From: an uncultured Chlorobiaceae bacterium | GTDB taxonomy: Bacteria > Bacteroidota > Ignavibacteria > UBA10030 > SZUA-254 | Direction: 5' to 3' | Assembly: GCA_964354485.1 (NCBI GenBank) | Contig: CAYGZY010000139.1 | Location: forward strand, 1-35,467 | DNA length: 35,467 bases | Shown: one piece after another, positions 26,851-35,467 of the stretch | Position numbering within the stretch: the stretch's first letter is position 1 | Layout of the letters: every line of letters starts with the position of its first letter | Translations under genes and position numbers: made by a program | The notes under the pieces: generated by a model | The model's database searches: none | What the model was told of the DNA's origin: nothing | The model's input: only the letters and a program-made list of their open reading frames with translations

Positions 26851-27675
26851 TTATTTCATAAAGTATTTTCCCCTGATCACGTTCATCCGATCACGATACG
26901 TTTGAGCCTCGGTGCGGCTGACCCTGCCGAAATCATTCTCGCCGGAGGCATAGATGATACCACGGCTGACATTGACAATCGCCAGGTCTCCCCGTTTTGT
27001 GCATCCGTACCGGACAGTCTTTTCCAGATCACCCTGCTGGGCGCCGACGCCCGGTATAAGTAACGGCATCTCCCTCGCGATGGAACGAATCCGTTGTAAT
27101 TCGCGGGGGTGTGTTGCCCCCACGACGAGACCGATATTGTTTTTCGTATTCCATTTTTTCGCACGCCTAACGACGTGCTCGTAGAGCGGCTTCCCTCCGC
27201 ACGGCAGGTACTGGAAATCCTTTGCGCCCCGATTTGATGTGAGGGCGAGAAGGAATATACCATGCTCATCGCTTTGCAGAAACGGATCGACGGAATCTTT
27301 TCCCATGTACGGGTTTACCGTTGCAGCATCAAATTTCCAATCTCCGAAGAGTATTTTTACGTAGTGCTCAGCCGTATTACCGATATCGCCCCGCTTACCA
27401 TCGCCGATGGTCACAATCTCAGGTGGAATGAGTTCGAGCGTTCTGCGGACCGTCTCGTAGCACTGTGTCCCCGCAGATTCGTAAAATGCAAGGTTTAGCT
27501 TATAGGCGCAGACGAGATCGCTTGTTGATTCGATTATGTGTCTGTTGAATTCAAGCTGGGGATTACTGGCGCCTCTGAGGTGGGCAGGGATTTTTGCAGT
27601 ATCCGTATCAAGACCGATACAGAGGAGCGAATTATTTTTCTTTTGTATGGCTGCAAGTTTTTGAATGAACTTCAT
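26851..27675 (-). CDS. pyrF: Orotidine-5'-phosphate decarboxylase
   Basis: LCIGLD, YKLNLAFYE, DGKRGDIGNT (DxKxxDIxxT), TVNPYMG, VVGAT, LIPGVGAQ and NVSRGIIY. Confidence 0.96.
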   Translation of the reverse strand: MKFIQKLAAIQKKNNSLLCIGLDTDTAKIPAHLRGASNPQLEFNRHIIESTSDLVCAYKLNLAFYESAGTQCYETVRRTLELIPPEIVTIGDGKRGDIGNTAEHYVKILFGDWKFDAATVNPYMGKDSVDPFLQSDEHGIFLLALTSNRGAKDFQYLPCGGKPLYEHVVRRAKKWNTKNNIGLVVGATHPRELQRIRSIAREMPLLIPGVGAQQGDLEKTVRYGCTKRGDLAIVNVSRGIIYASGENDFGRVSRTEAQTYRDRMNVIRGKYFMK

Positions 27676-27760
27676 AGATCTTCTCTTTCTTAAAAGCAAT
27701 TATTTTCAGCCACCGCGGCAACGCGTCTGCCCGCCGGCGATTTGTAAATCCCGTCGTTCA

Positions 27761-29842
27761 TCATGAACCTACGTATTCTTTTAACCAATCAAAGACAGTC
27801 TTATGCCAGAACTCACTGTTTAGAGGTTTCAGAACTCCGTGCCCCTCATCGGGGAAATATACAAACTTCGACGGGATGCCCATGCGCTGAAGCGTCGTGA
27901 ACAGCTGCATTGCTTCCGATACGGGCACTCTGTAGTCGAGTTCATTATGGATGATGAGCATCGGTGTCCGATACTTTATAAGATTTTTCGCATACGCGTG
28001 GGGAGAATATTTATCGTATTCCTCTTTTGCGTCCCACGGAGTTCCGCCATGTTCCCATTCATCGAACCAGACTTCATCCGTTGTTCCGTACATGGAATAG
28101 AAATTGTAGACTCCCGCATGCGTGATAATCGTCCGGAACTTGTCGGTGTGAGTCGCAAACCAGTTCATCATATAACCACCGTAAGAGGCGCCGGCAGCAG
28201 CCATCCGTTTGGTATCGACGTAAGGAAGGTTCTCGGCATACTCTACACCGTTCATCAGATCCTGGTATACTTTTCCGCCCCAATCGCCGCTTATTTCAGC
28301 GAGAAACTTTTGTCCGAATCCGGAAGATCCGCGGGGATTCGGTGCAAGAATAACGTATCCCTGCGCAGCCCATAGCTGGGCATTCCATCGATAGTGCCAG
28401 CCGTTTTCCCATGCACCCTGTGGACCACCGTGTACGAGAAGGACGAGAGGATATTTTTTATCCGGTGAAAAGCCGGGTGGCGTAATGAGCCATGCCTGGA
28501 CGGGAGTTTCTCCTGCCCCTTTATAAGTAATACTTACCGCCTCATTCATACCGATGTTCTGAAAGAGCTGGTCATTGATATGCGTGATGGCTTTAACGTT
28601 TTTGCCATCCGAAGATGCTGAAAATATTTCAACGGGTCGAGAGAGTGTGTGTCTGCTGAAGCATATTATTCTCCCGTCTGCCGATACATTTACATCGCTG
28701 TTCATGCCCCCTTCGATTATTTTCGCAATTTTTTTATCCTTCACCCTGACAGAAAAAATTTGCTGCTGGGCATTTTCTTCCGATGTGAGGTAGATCTGCG
28801 TACTGCGGGCATCCCACAGGAATGGTCCGACCGAGGCATCGAACTGTTCGGTAAGACTCACATGCGTTTTCAGCTTACGATCATAGAGCATTAATTCCCA
28901 CTTGTCGGCTTCAAATCCCGGACGCCTCTGAGCGCGATAGGCAATGTAGCGCCCGTCATTCGAGTAGCGGGGAAATCCGTCTGCGGCAGGATTAACGGTG
29001 AGCTGAGATACTGTCCCGTCGAGGGAAACTGTGAATATATCGTGATTGGTATTCCACGCTTCATTCTCTGAAGGGGGTGTTGTGTAGGCAATTTCTTTAC
29101 CGTCCGGTGAAAACGCGAAATCGTCTCCGGCCGAAAAAGTTGATGAGGTCGGAACAGCATCCCGGCCGCCGGGCGTATAATCATGCGGATCGCTTCCGTC
29201 GAGAGAAATGACAAATATATGCTGACGTTTTTCATCGACCCATGTGTTCCAGTGGCGGTAGAGCAGTTTCGTCATAACTCGTGCCTGGATCCTGCTTTTC
29301 GCCTTCTCTTCATCTTTTTTTCTGTTCAACTCGTTGCTTTCTGAGTAAGGCTTGTCCGAGAACTCCGGATAGACCGATGACACGAAAGCGATGGATTTAC
29401 CTGAAGGTGACCACACGGGAGCTGAGGCGCCTGTCGAGATATGAGTAAGCTGTCTTGCTTCGCTGCCGTCAACATCAATGAGCCAGATCTGTGGTTCACC
29501 CGAGCGATTTGATTCAAAAGCGACTGTTTTACTGTTCGGCGACCATTGGGGATGGACATCACTGGCCGGGTTTGTAGTCAGTCTACGCGGTTCTCCGCCT
29601 GCCGCCGGGAGGAGATAGATGTCCCTGCTCATCGCATTGGTTTCCTTCTTTACATCAGTTATGACGAAAGCGATCCATTTCCCGTCCGGTGAAAGCTGTA
29701 CATCGCTCACCCGCCTGATACGAAACAGGTCGTCAATTTCCAGCGACCGTTTGCCCTGCGCACTGATGCCGGAATTATTTAGTGCAACAATGATACTGCA
29801 AGCTGCGAAAAGGAGTAGACATCTTAATAATCGATTGTTCAT
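27761..29842 (-). CDS. Secreted S9 family peptidase (acylaminoacyl/dipeptidyl peptidase) with a PD40 beta-propeller
   Basis: Signal peptide, repeated (W/F)SPDGK motifs, HGGPQ, GASYGG (catalytic Ser), DYRVP (Asp) and DEGH (His). Confidence 0.95.
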   Translation of the reverse strand: MNNRLLRCLLLFAACSIIVALNNSGISAQGKRSLEIDDLFRIRRVSDVQLSPDGKWIAFVITDVKKETNAMSRDIYLLPAAGGEPRRLTTNPASDVHPQWSPNSKTVAFESNRSGEPQIWLIDVDGSEARQLTHISTGASAPVWSPSGKSIAFVSSVYPEFSDKPYSESNELNRKKDEEKAKSRIQARVMTKLLYRHWNTWVDEKRQHIFVISLDGSDPHDYTPGGRDAVPTSSTFSAGDDFAFSPDGKEIAYTTPPSENEAWNTNHDIFTVSLDGTVSQLTVNPAADGFPRYSNDGRYIAYRAQRRPGFEADKWELMLYDRKLKTHVSLTEQFDASVGPFLWDARSTQIYLTSEENAQQQIFSVRVKDKKIAKIIEGGMNSDVNVSADGRIICFSRHTLSRPVEIFSASSDGKNVKAITHINDQLFQNIGMNEAVSITYKGAGETPVQAWLITPPGFSPDKKYPLVLLVHGGPQGAWENGWHYRWNAQLWAAQGYVILAPNPRGSSGFGQKFLAEISGDWGGKVYQDLMNGVEYAENLPYVDTKRMAAAGASYGGYMMNWFATHTDKFRTIITHAGVYNFYSMYGTTDEVWFDEWEHGGTPWDAKEEYDKYSPHAYAKNLIKYRTPMLIIHNELDYRVPVSEAMQLFTTLQRMGIPSKFVYFPDEGHGVLKPLNSEFWHKTVFDWLKEYVGS

Positions 29843-30074
29843 AGATTCCTCATAGATTCATGTGGAGGTTAAAATTATTCATATTGCCCCCTTCATCCGC
29901 TGCGAAGTGGTTGTGCTCTTTTTTACAACGGGGTAAAAAAGCGTTAATGACCAACGGATTTTTCTCTTGTTGACCAGATTATCTGGTAAAAAATATTTTC
30001 TGATTACCGAGAGTTAGAATAACTCTCAGCTGATTGGTCTGTTTCGGGTATTCTCTGAGCTCGCCGGGTTTATA

Positions 30075-30797
30075 TCACCATTTCTTCCATGATTGGCGCA
30101 CCCGGAGAACACCATCGATGTTGTAACGATCTTTGATTTCCTTCAGGAGCGTTTTTGCCTCCTCCGGGGTTGCAAACATTCCCACCCACACAAGGTAGAG
30201 AAGATTTTTACCATCGAGTAGATTTTCATAGACATTTACGAGATATCCGTCTGCTGAAACTTTCCCCCTTAGGTTTTCCGCATTCTTTTTTACGGCGAAA
30301 GCGCCGATTTGAATCGCCCAAATTTGCCCCTGGTTTTTTGGGGGGATAGCTTTGTAAGTAAAGCTATCCGATGACAATCGCTCTTGCTGAAGATAGCCGG
30401 TTGTGATGTAGGGTGACTGAGGAAAATCCTGCTGAAGACGCTGGAGGCTCGCTTCCGCTTCACGGGGATCGCCAACACGCATATGGTACTCAAATAATCT
30501 CGCAAGGGCATCATCGGCCCATTCGCTCCGCGGGAAGCTGTCGGCTATAACATGAAAGCATTTTACCGATTCCTCCCCTTTTATGGCGACAAGTCCTTCT
30601 ATATAAATCATCCCCGCTGCGTGCGGGAACTTTGTCTTCAGGTTGGGTAGTTTTGAGAGAACCTCCTCGCTCTTCCCTTCGGATATCATCCGGACGTATT
30701 CCACAATTTTTCGTTCATATAATTGCGGATAAACAGACCCTCCGAAAAAAAAAGTAAAAAAAAGCACACAAAGCACCCCTCGCGGTATACGTTCCAT
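30075..30797 (-). CDS. Exported TPR-like + SPOR domain protein
   Basis: Hydrophobic N-terminus, TPR-like FPRSEWADDAL and LQQDFPQSPY segments, C-terminal SPOR (WAIQIGAFAVKKNAE...YLVWVGMF). Start MERIPRG follows GAGGAAGAGGAG; the ORF-track TTG at 30866 is the -35 box. Confidence 0.85.
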   Translation of the reverse strand: MERIPRGVLCVLFFTFFFGGSVYPQLYERKIVEYVRMISEGKSEEVLSKLPNLKTKFPHAAGMIYIEGLVAIKGEESVKCFHVIADSFPRSEWADDALARLFEYHMRVGDPREAEASLQRLQQDFPQSPYITTGYLQQERLSSDSFTYKAIPPKNQGQIWAIQIGAFAVKKNAENLRGKVSADGYLVNVYENLLDGKNLLYLVWVGMFATPEEAKTLLKEIKDRYNIDGVLRVRQSWKKW

Positions 30798-30837
30798 CTC
30801 CTCTTCCTCAATTAGAACTTGTACCTTTATTCGGGGG

Positions 30838-30866
30838 AAGTTACTGTTTTTTTTCGCAATTGTCAA
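30838..30866 (-). promoter_or_regulatory. sigma70-type promoter for the SPOR gene
   Basis: TTGACA (30866-30861), 17-bp spacer, TAACTT (30843-30838). Confidence 0.6.
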
Positions 30867-30913
30867 ATTTTTATCAATTAAATTCTCAAGACTTAGCTAC
30901 AATCACATACTAT

Positions 30914-30941
30914 TTGACATTTTGTGTCATTTTTATATATT
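30914..30941 (+). promoter_or_regulatory. sigma70-type promoter for the coiled-coil/REC + kinase operon, with an overlapping palindrome
   Basis: TTGACA (30914-30919), 16-bp spacer, TATATT (30936-30941); TGACA-N5-TGTCA at 30915-30929. Confidence 0.55.
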
Positions 30942-31037
30942 AGTGCCAGTGGATATTCGTTTAAATCATATAGAAGCGGGCTAATGACAAATTCATTAAG
31001 ACAAATCTATCATTTCTTTGTGTAATTCGAGGCATTT

Positions 31038-33689
31038 GTGGCGAAAGAAACACAACCGTTAAATCCTGATTCTATCCGTGAAGCTTTTCGGCATTGTCTG
31101 CGGGAGGCAGATAAACTTATCCTTGAGGGAAAATTTGATCTTGCGAAGGCGCAGCTGATAGAGGCGAAAAAATTAGATTCCCGGAATCCATTCATTATCG
31201 CATTCGAGGAGCGAATATCGCTTTTTGAGAATAAAACATCACCTGCAAAGAAGCCTGCTTCTGGAGAAAAGCCGTCTGACGAAGCCATCGAGGAGGAAAT
31301 TCAGGCTGAAGTAAAACCTATAGAGGAGGATGTCTCGCGGGAGATGCTGGAGCAAACCCTCCGCCAGCAGATCGAGAGCGAATACCGTACCCGCTTCACG
31401 CAGGAACTTCACAAAGCTGAAGAGCGTGCCACAAAGATTCTCCAGGATGAACGGGAAAAATTTGAAAAACAGCATGAAGTACTACGCGGAAAGTACGAAC
31501 AGCAAATTACCGATGTGCGCAGTCAGGCAGAAATCGAATTTCAGAAGAAACTTGACGAAGAAATCCTGAAAGCTGAGGATCGACTTGATAATCAGCATCG
31601 TTCTGAGCTTGCATTCCTCGAAACGGAAATGAAGTCCCAGCTTACCAAGCAGTACGAAGAAGAAATGGCGAATATGCGGGAGCGATTAAAGAAGGAGCAG
31701 CAGGAACTTTTGGAGCGGGAGCGCGCAACATTCGACGAGCGTGAGCAGATACTCAAATCGCAATTCAATGAAAAACTTCTGAGTGCGGTACGTAAGACCG
31801 AATCCGTCATGCGCGAGCAGGACCCGCAATCAAAACAGGCAGAGCAGGAACGTCTGGTTGAAGAATTGACCAAAGAGCATGATGAAAAGATTGCGCAGGA
31901 GCGTGACGCTCTGAGAGCCAAGTATGACGAGCTCCGCACGCAAGTCGACCAGATGCAGAGCCAGAAAGAACAGCAACTGAACGAAGAGGTGGAGCGGCGA
32001 CTGCAGAAACAACTCGAGGATATTCGCAAAACTGAAACTGAGAAGTACGAACAAAAACGCTCAGCGCTTAGGCAGGAGCTGGAAGTAGAATACGCAAAGA
32101 AATTTGAGAAGGAACTTTCCAAGGAACGTCACCGTCTTGAGTCGGAAGCCGGCAGTACTTCGGAAGTTCAGAAAAAGCGACTGGAAGTGGAAATCGCCAA
32201 CGCGGAGGAACGCCTGGCAAAACAGCACCGGGCTGAACTTGCAACAACAGAGGACAAGCTCAAGGCTCAGCTGCGCAAGCGGTATGAAATAGAGATGAAT
32301 AAACTGCAGGAAGCGGCGGAAAAGGAACGCGATTCCATCCTTGCTGCAGAAAGAAAATCCTTTGAGGAGCGGGAAAGCAAACTCAAGGAGCAGTTCAACC
32401 GGAAACTCCTTGAGGGAATCCGGAAGACGGAGTCGGTAATTCGTGAGCAGAGCCTCAAGGAACAGAAAATGGAGCGCGAGAGAATCATTGAGGAGCTCAC
32501 GAAAGAGCATGATAAGCGGCTGGCGCACGAGCGTGAACAACTGACGAAGCAGTACGACAGCCAGCGGGCAGAACTTGAAAAGGCGTACACCCAAAGACGA
32601 AATGAAATGAACACGGAAGTCGAACGCCACAAGCTCGAAGAGGCAGAAGCACTAAAGAAGACAGAGGAAGAAAAGCTTGAACAAAAGCGGGTTGCTATCC
32701 GTCAGGATCTGGAGCGGGAATACCGAAAGGCGCTTGAGGAACAAACCGCGGCAGAGCGTCGGCGTATTCAGGAGGAGGCGGAATCCACGATTGAAGCTGA
32801 GCGAAAGAAACTGGAGGAAGAGCACGCACAGCTAATGCAGAAACAAAACACCAAAATACAGAAAATCCGCACCGACCTCCGCAGCGAAATGGAGCAGGCT
32901 CTCCTCCGTCGGCTCGAGAAGATCGCGCACGAGTTCGATCACAAGATGGAGCTTCTCGGCGCAAAGATACCAAACACTACTGAGGGGCGAAGGGATTTCT
33001 ACAAGACAAAAATGATACCGTGCTATGAGAGCGGACAACCCACAGTTGAAGACGCCCGAATGCTGATGCAGTTGAAGGAACTGCTCGAACTTACCTTCGA
33101 CGAACACCTCATAGTGGAAACAGACGTACGGCTGGAACTCTACGCCAAAGCTGTTGAGAAGAAAATCATATCGGGAGACATTAACGTTCAAAACCGCGAG
33201 GAACTGAATAAGATCAAGCAAAAATTCAACATCACGGCCGAGGAAGCACAGATGCTCGAGCCATACATCCTCTCGTGCTACCAGCGGATAGCCACAAAGG
33301 GCCGGATATTCGTCGTTGATGACGATGAGGTTCTTCTGAAAACCCTTAAAAAAATCCTAACGGATGGAGGATACCAGGTATATACGGCCCTCGATATCGA
33401 ATCATCCGTCGAGAAATTAAAAACCACGCCCGTCGATCTCATTCTCAGCGACATCAAATTCCCCGTGGGGGAACTCGACGGATTTAAGTTTTTCAGTATT
33501 GTTCAGGATCAGCTCCGGTTGAAAAATATCCCGTTCATTTTCATGAGCTCTCTATCAGACGGAGTTATCGTCAGATCGGGCGTTCAGCTCGGCGTCGACG
33601 ATTACCTCACTAAACCCCTCGATGCGGATTTACTGCTTGCCGTTGTTGAGGGAAAACTGAAACGGTATCGCAACCTCACACATGAATAA
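31038..33689 (+). CDS. Large coiled-coil protein with a C-terminal response-regulator receiver domain
   Basis: GTG start, short TPR-like N-terminus and ~540 aa of E/K/R/Q-rich helix. The C-terminal REC has FVVDDD, LILSDIKFP (phospho-Asp), FMSS and YLTKP. There is no DNA-binding output domain. Confidence 0.88.
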   Translation: MAKETQPLNPDSIREAFRHCLREADKLILEGKFDLAKAQLIEAKKLDSRNPFIIAFEERISLFENKTSPAKKPASGEKPSDEAIEEEIQAEVKPIEEDVSREMLEQTLRQQIESEYRTRFTQELHKAEERATKILQDEREKFEKQHEVLRGKYEQQITDVRSQAEIEFQKKLDEEILKAEDRLDNQHRSELAFLETEMKSQLTKQYEEEMANMRERLKKEQQELLERERATFDEREQILKSQFNEKLLSAVRKTESVMREQDPQSKQAEQERLVEELTKEHDEKIAQERDALRAKYDELRTQVDQMQSQKEQQLNEEVERRLQKQLEDIRKTETEKYEQKRSALRQELEVEYAKKFEKELSKERHRLESEAGSTSEVQKKRLEVEIANAEERLAKQHRAELATTEDKLKAQLRKRYEIEMNKLQEAAEKERDSILAAERKSFEERESKLKEQFNRKLLEGIRKTESVIREQSLKEQKMERERIIEELTKEHDKRLAHEREQLTKQYDSQRAELEKAYTQRRNEMNTEVERHKLEEAEALKKTEEEKLEQKRVAIRQDLEREYRKALEEQTAAERRRIQEEAESTIEAERKKLEEEHAQLMQKQNTKIQKIRTDLRSEMEQALLRRLEKIAHEFDHKMELLGAKIPNTTEGRRDFYKTKMIPCYESGQPTVEDARMLMQLKELLELTFDEHLIVETDVRLELYAKAVEKKIISGDINVQNREELNKIKQKFNITAEEAQMLEPYILSCYQRIATKGRIFVVDDDEVLLKTLKKILTDGGYQVYTALDIESSVEKLKTTPVDLILSDIKFPVGELDGFKFFSIVQDQLRLKNIPFIFMSSLSDGVIVRSGVQLGVDDYLTKPLDADLLLAVVEGKLKRYRNLTHE
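31545..32804 (+). repeat. Diverged intragenic tandem duplication, 2 x 630 bp (210 aa)
   Basis: KKLDEEILKAEDRL at 31545 vs KRLEVEIANAEERL at 32175; KTESVMREQ at 31794 vs KTESVIREQ at 32424; EELTKEHD and EQKR occur in both copies; KKLEEE recurs at 32805. Confidence 0.9.
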
Positions 33690-35467
33690 ATGATATTCAG
33701 TATTTCATATTTCTCCGTTTCTGTCGCATACTCAATCGCAAATTTTCTTCTCGCGCTCGTCATTATTTTAAAAACGCGGAAATACCAGATCGCTCACTTT
33801 TACTTCTTTCTGGTGAACTGTCTGATCGTTTTCGGCGCTATTCTTTTCCTGATGACAAAAACGCCTGATTCCAAATTTGCCCATACGTTGGAAAGTGTTA
33901 GCCTTTTTCTCTACGCTCTGTTTCCGTTTTTCTTCATCCACTTTATCACTCTCTTTGTTCGCAGCAAGGAAATCCTTAAATCAAAAAAGATACACTACGC
34001 CATCTACGTTGTCGGCCTCTTCTCGTATGCCGTACTGCTCATGGGATTTATCCCTAAACCGATTACATTTGAAAAAACGATCTCACAGAGCGGTTATATT
34101 TTCTACGTGACGTGGATGTCCGTTCTTTTCAGCATCGGCATTGCACTTCTTTTCGATATCTCACGGAATTTTCGCCAAAGGCTCTGGAAAGCTGATTTTA
34201 TACTGGGTTCCTTTATAGTTTTACTTCTCATCCTTCCCGGCCCGTTTACCGAATCGATATTCTTCGGCGTCTTTAACTTTAGCGCCGAGTGGTATTTTTA
34301 TCTCTGCACCTTTGCTCTACTTCTGGCCGTTTACTTCATCTTCCGGCACAAGATAAGCAGTAATCCTCTCTACGATTCGTTCAAAACCGCACTCAACGTC
34401 ATGAATGATATTTTCATCATGATGGATGATGCCTTCAGGATAGAAGTGATCCGCGGGAAAACCGTCAGTGCGACACTGGGGTATAAGGAACAGGAACTCA
34501 TCGGTGAACCGCTTCAGAAATTCATCGTACAAAAAGAATACCTCGACGAGTACAAGAACCTCGTGAAACGGAAAAAGATGCAGGAGACGAGCTTCGATGC
34601 AGATTTCATCTGCCGGGACGGTAAAAACTTCCCCATTAATTTTTCCTTTACTCCCCTCATTGTCCAGGACGAACTCGCCGGGTTTATCACCATCGGGCGC
34701 GATATGACGGAACGCAAACAACTGGAGGAAGAACTGCGCCAGGCACAGAAGATGGAAAGCCTCGGAACGCTCGCGGGAGGCATTGCACACGATTTCAACA
34801 ATATACTCCAGATCATGCTGGTTAATACGTCAAGTATGAAGCGCCTGGCACCGAACGACGAGAAAGTAACGCAGATTATTGACATCAACACAAGCGCGAT
34901 CAAACGCGGATCGAAACTTGTCCAGCAAATCCTGATGTTCGCAAGGAAGAGCGAACCGCAGTTCACACCGCTCGATATGACCGTCATCATCGAAGACATT
35001 ATAAAATTTCTCTCAGGGACGTTTTCGAAGAATATAAGGTTCACCGTGGGAATGGATCAGCAGTTACCTCACATACTCGGAGACGCCAACCACATCAATC
35101 AGGTGTTCATGAATCTCTGCGTGAACGCGCGCGATGCGATGGACGGCAACGGGGCTCTCTCGTTCAAGGGAACAACCCTGATGGGATGGGAACTGCAGAA
35201 ACGATTCTCGGCAGCAAAAGAGGAGCGGTACATCTGTATCAGTGTAACGGATACCGGTCACGGTATGGATGAACAGACACGCCACCGCATATTCGAACCG
35301 TTCTTCACTACGAAGGAACTGGGTAAAGGAACAGGACTGGGTCTCGCCGTCGTTCACGGCATCATAACGAATCACAAGGGATTCATAGACGTCAAGAGCG
35401 ATATCGGACTGGGAACAACATTCTATATTTATTTCCCTGTTGCAGTCGATTCCCAAAAAACACTCGA
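33690..35467 (+). CDS. Multi-TM PAS sensor histidine kinase (CckA-like, probably hybrid); 3'-truncated by the window edge
   Basis: Manually translated from ATG 33690, which abuts the upstream TAA. It has ~7 TM segments, a PAS ending [29 protein letters not shown] (His at 34788), [16 protein letters not shown] and [18 protein letters not shown]. Absent from the ORF track. Confidence 0.95.
   Translation, partial: MIFSISYFSVSVAYSIANFLLALVIILKTRKYQIAHFYFFLVNCLIVFGAILFLMTKTPDSKFAHTLESVSLFLYALFPFFFIHFITLFVRSKEILKSKKIHYAIYVVGLFSYAVLLMGFIPKPITFEKTISQSGYIFYVTWMSVLFSIGIALLFDISRNFRQRLWKADFILGSFIVLLLILPGPFTESIFFGVFNFSAEWYFYLCTFALLLAVYFIFRHKISSNPLYDSFKTALNVMNDIFIMMDDAFRIEVIRGKTVSATLGYKEQELIGEPLQKFIVQKEYLDEYKNLVKRKKMQETSFDADFICRDGKNFPINFSFTPLIVQDELAGFITIGRDMTERKQLEEELRQAQKMESLGTLAGGIAHDFNNILQIMLVNTSSMKRLAPNDEKVTQIIDINTSAIKRGSKLVQQILMFARKSEPQFTPLDMTVIIEDIIKFLSGTFSKNIRFTVGMDQQLPHILGDANHINQVFMNLCVNARDAMDGNGALSFKGTTLMGWELQKRFSAAKEERYICISVTDTGHGMDEQTRHRIFEPFFTTKELGKGTGLGLAVVHGIITNHKGFIDVKSDIGLGTTFYIYFPVAVDSQKTL

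Noticed and set aside
31545-32804. Repetitive DNA as a CRISPR array or short tandem repeat
   Set aside because: The repetition is protein-level, diverged and in frame; there are no identical 25-45 bp repeats with spacers anywhere in the window.
33877-35456. ORFs 33877..34110, 34317..34790, 34514..35044 and 35064..35456
   Set aside because: They are off-frame or antisense shadows of the histidine kinase starting at 33690.

Overview
This is a chromosomal window from a diderm FCB-group bacterium. DUF2851, ClpC, GH38, canonical sigma70-type TTGnnn-N17-TAnnnT promoters and SD-like sites suggest an Ignavibacteria-like lineage (inference). It holds about 20 intact or edge-truncated CDSs: an M1 aminopeptidase (runs off the left edge, absent from the ORF track), an SDR, mutS, a PPi-type pfkA, a single-ORF ECF sigma/RskA-type anti-sigma fusion, clpC, an HExxH metallopeptidase, a GT4, a secreted GH38 alpha-mannosidase, two paralogous polytopic membrane+TPR proteins (GT-C-like) flanking a small beta-barrel gene, rbsA, transketolase, DUF2851, pyrF, an S9 peptidase, a SPOR protein, an 883-aa coiled-coil/receiver protein and a multi-TM PAS histidine kinase (runs off the right edge, absent from the ORF track). 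Four things stand out. (1) A ribose-type ABC operon is decaying: rbsB is collapsed by an internal deletion and rbsC is split by an intact membrane+TPR gene, with no mobile-element traces. (2) There is a candidate TMEM260/TMTC-like protein glycosylation cluster. (3) The membrane-tethered sigma/anti-sigma fusion has degenerate DNA-reading helices. (4) A 210-aa tandemly duplicated coiled-coil rod ends in a receiver domain and is coupled to a kinase. I recognised no rRNA, tRNA, CRISPR array or IS element. All calls come from reading motifs by eye; no database searches were run.
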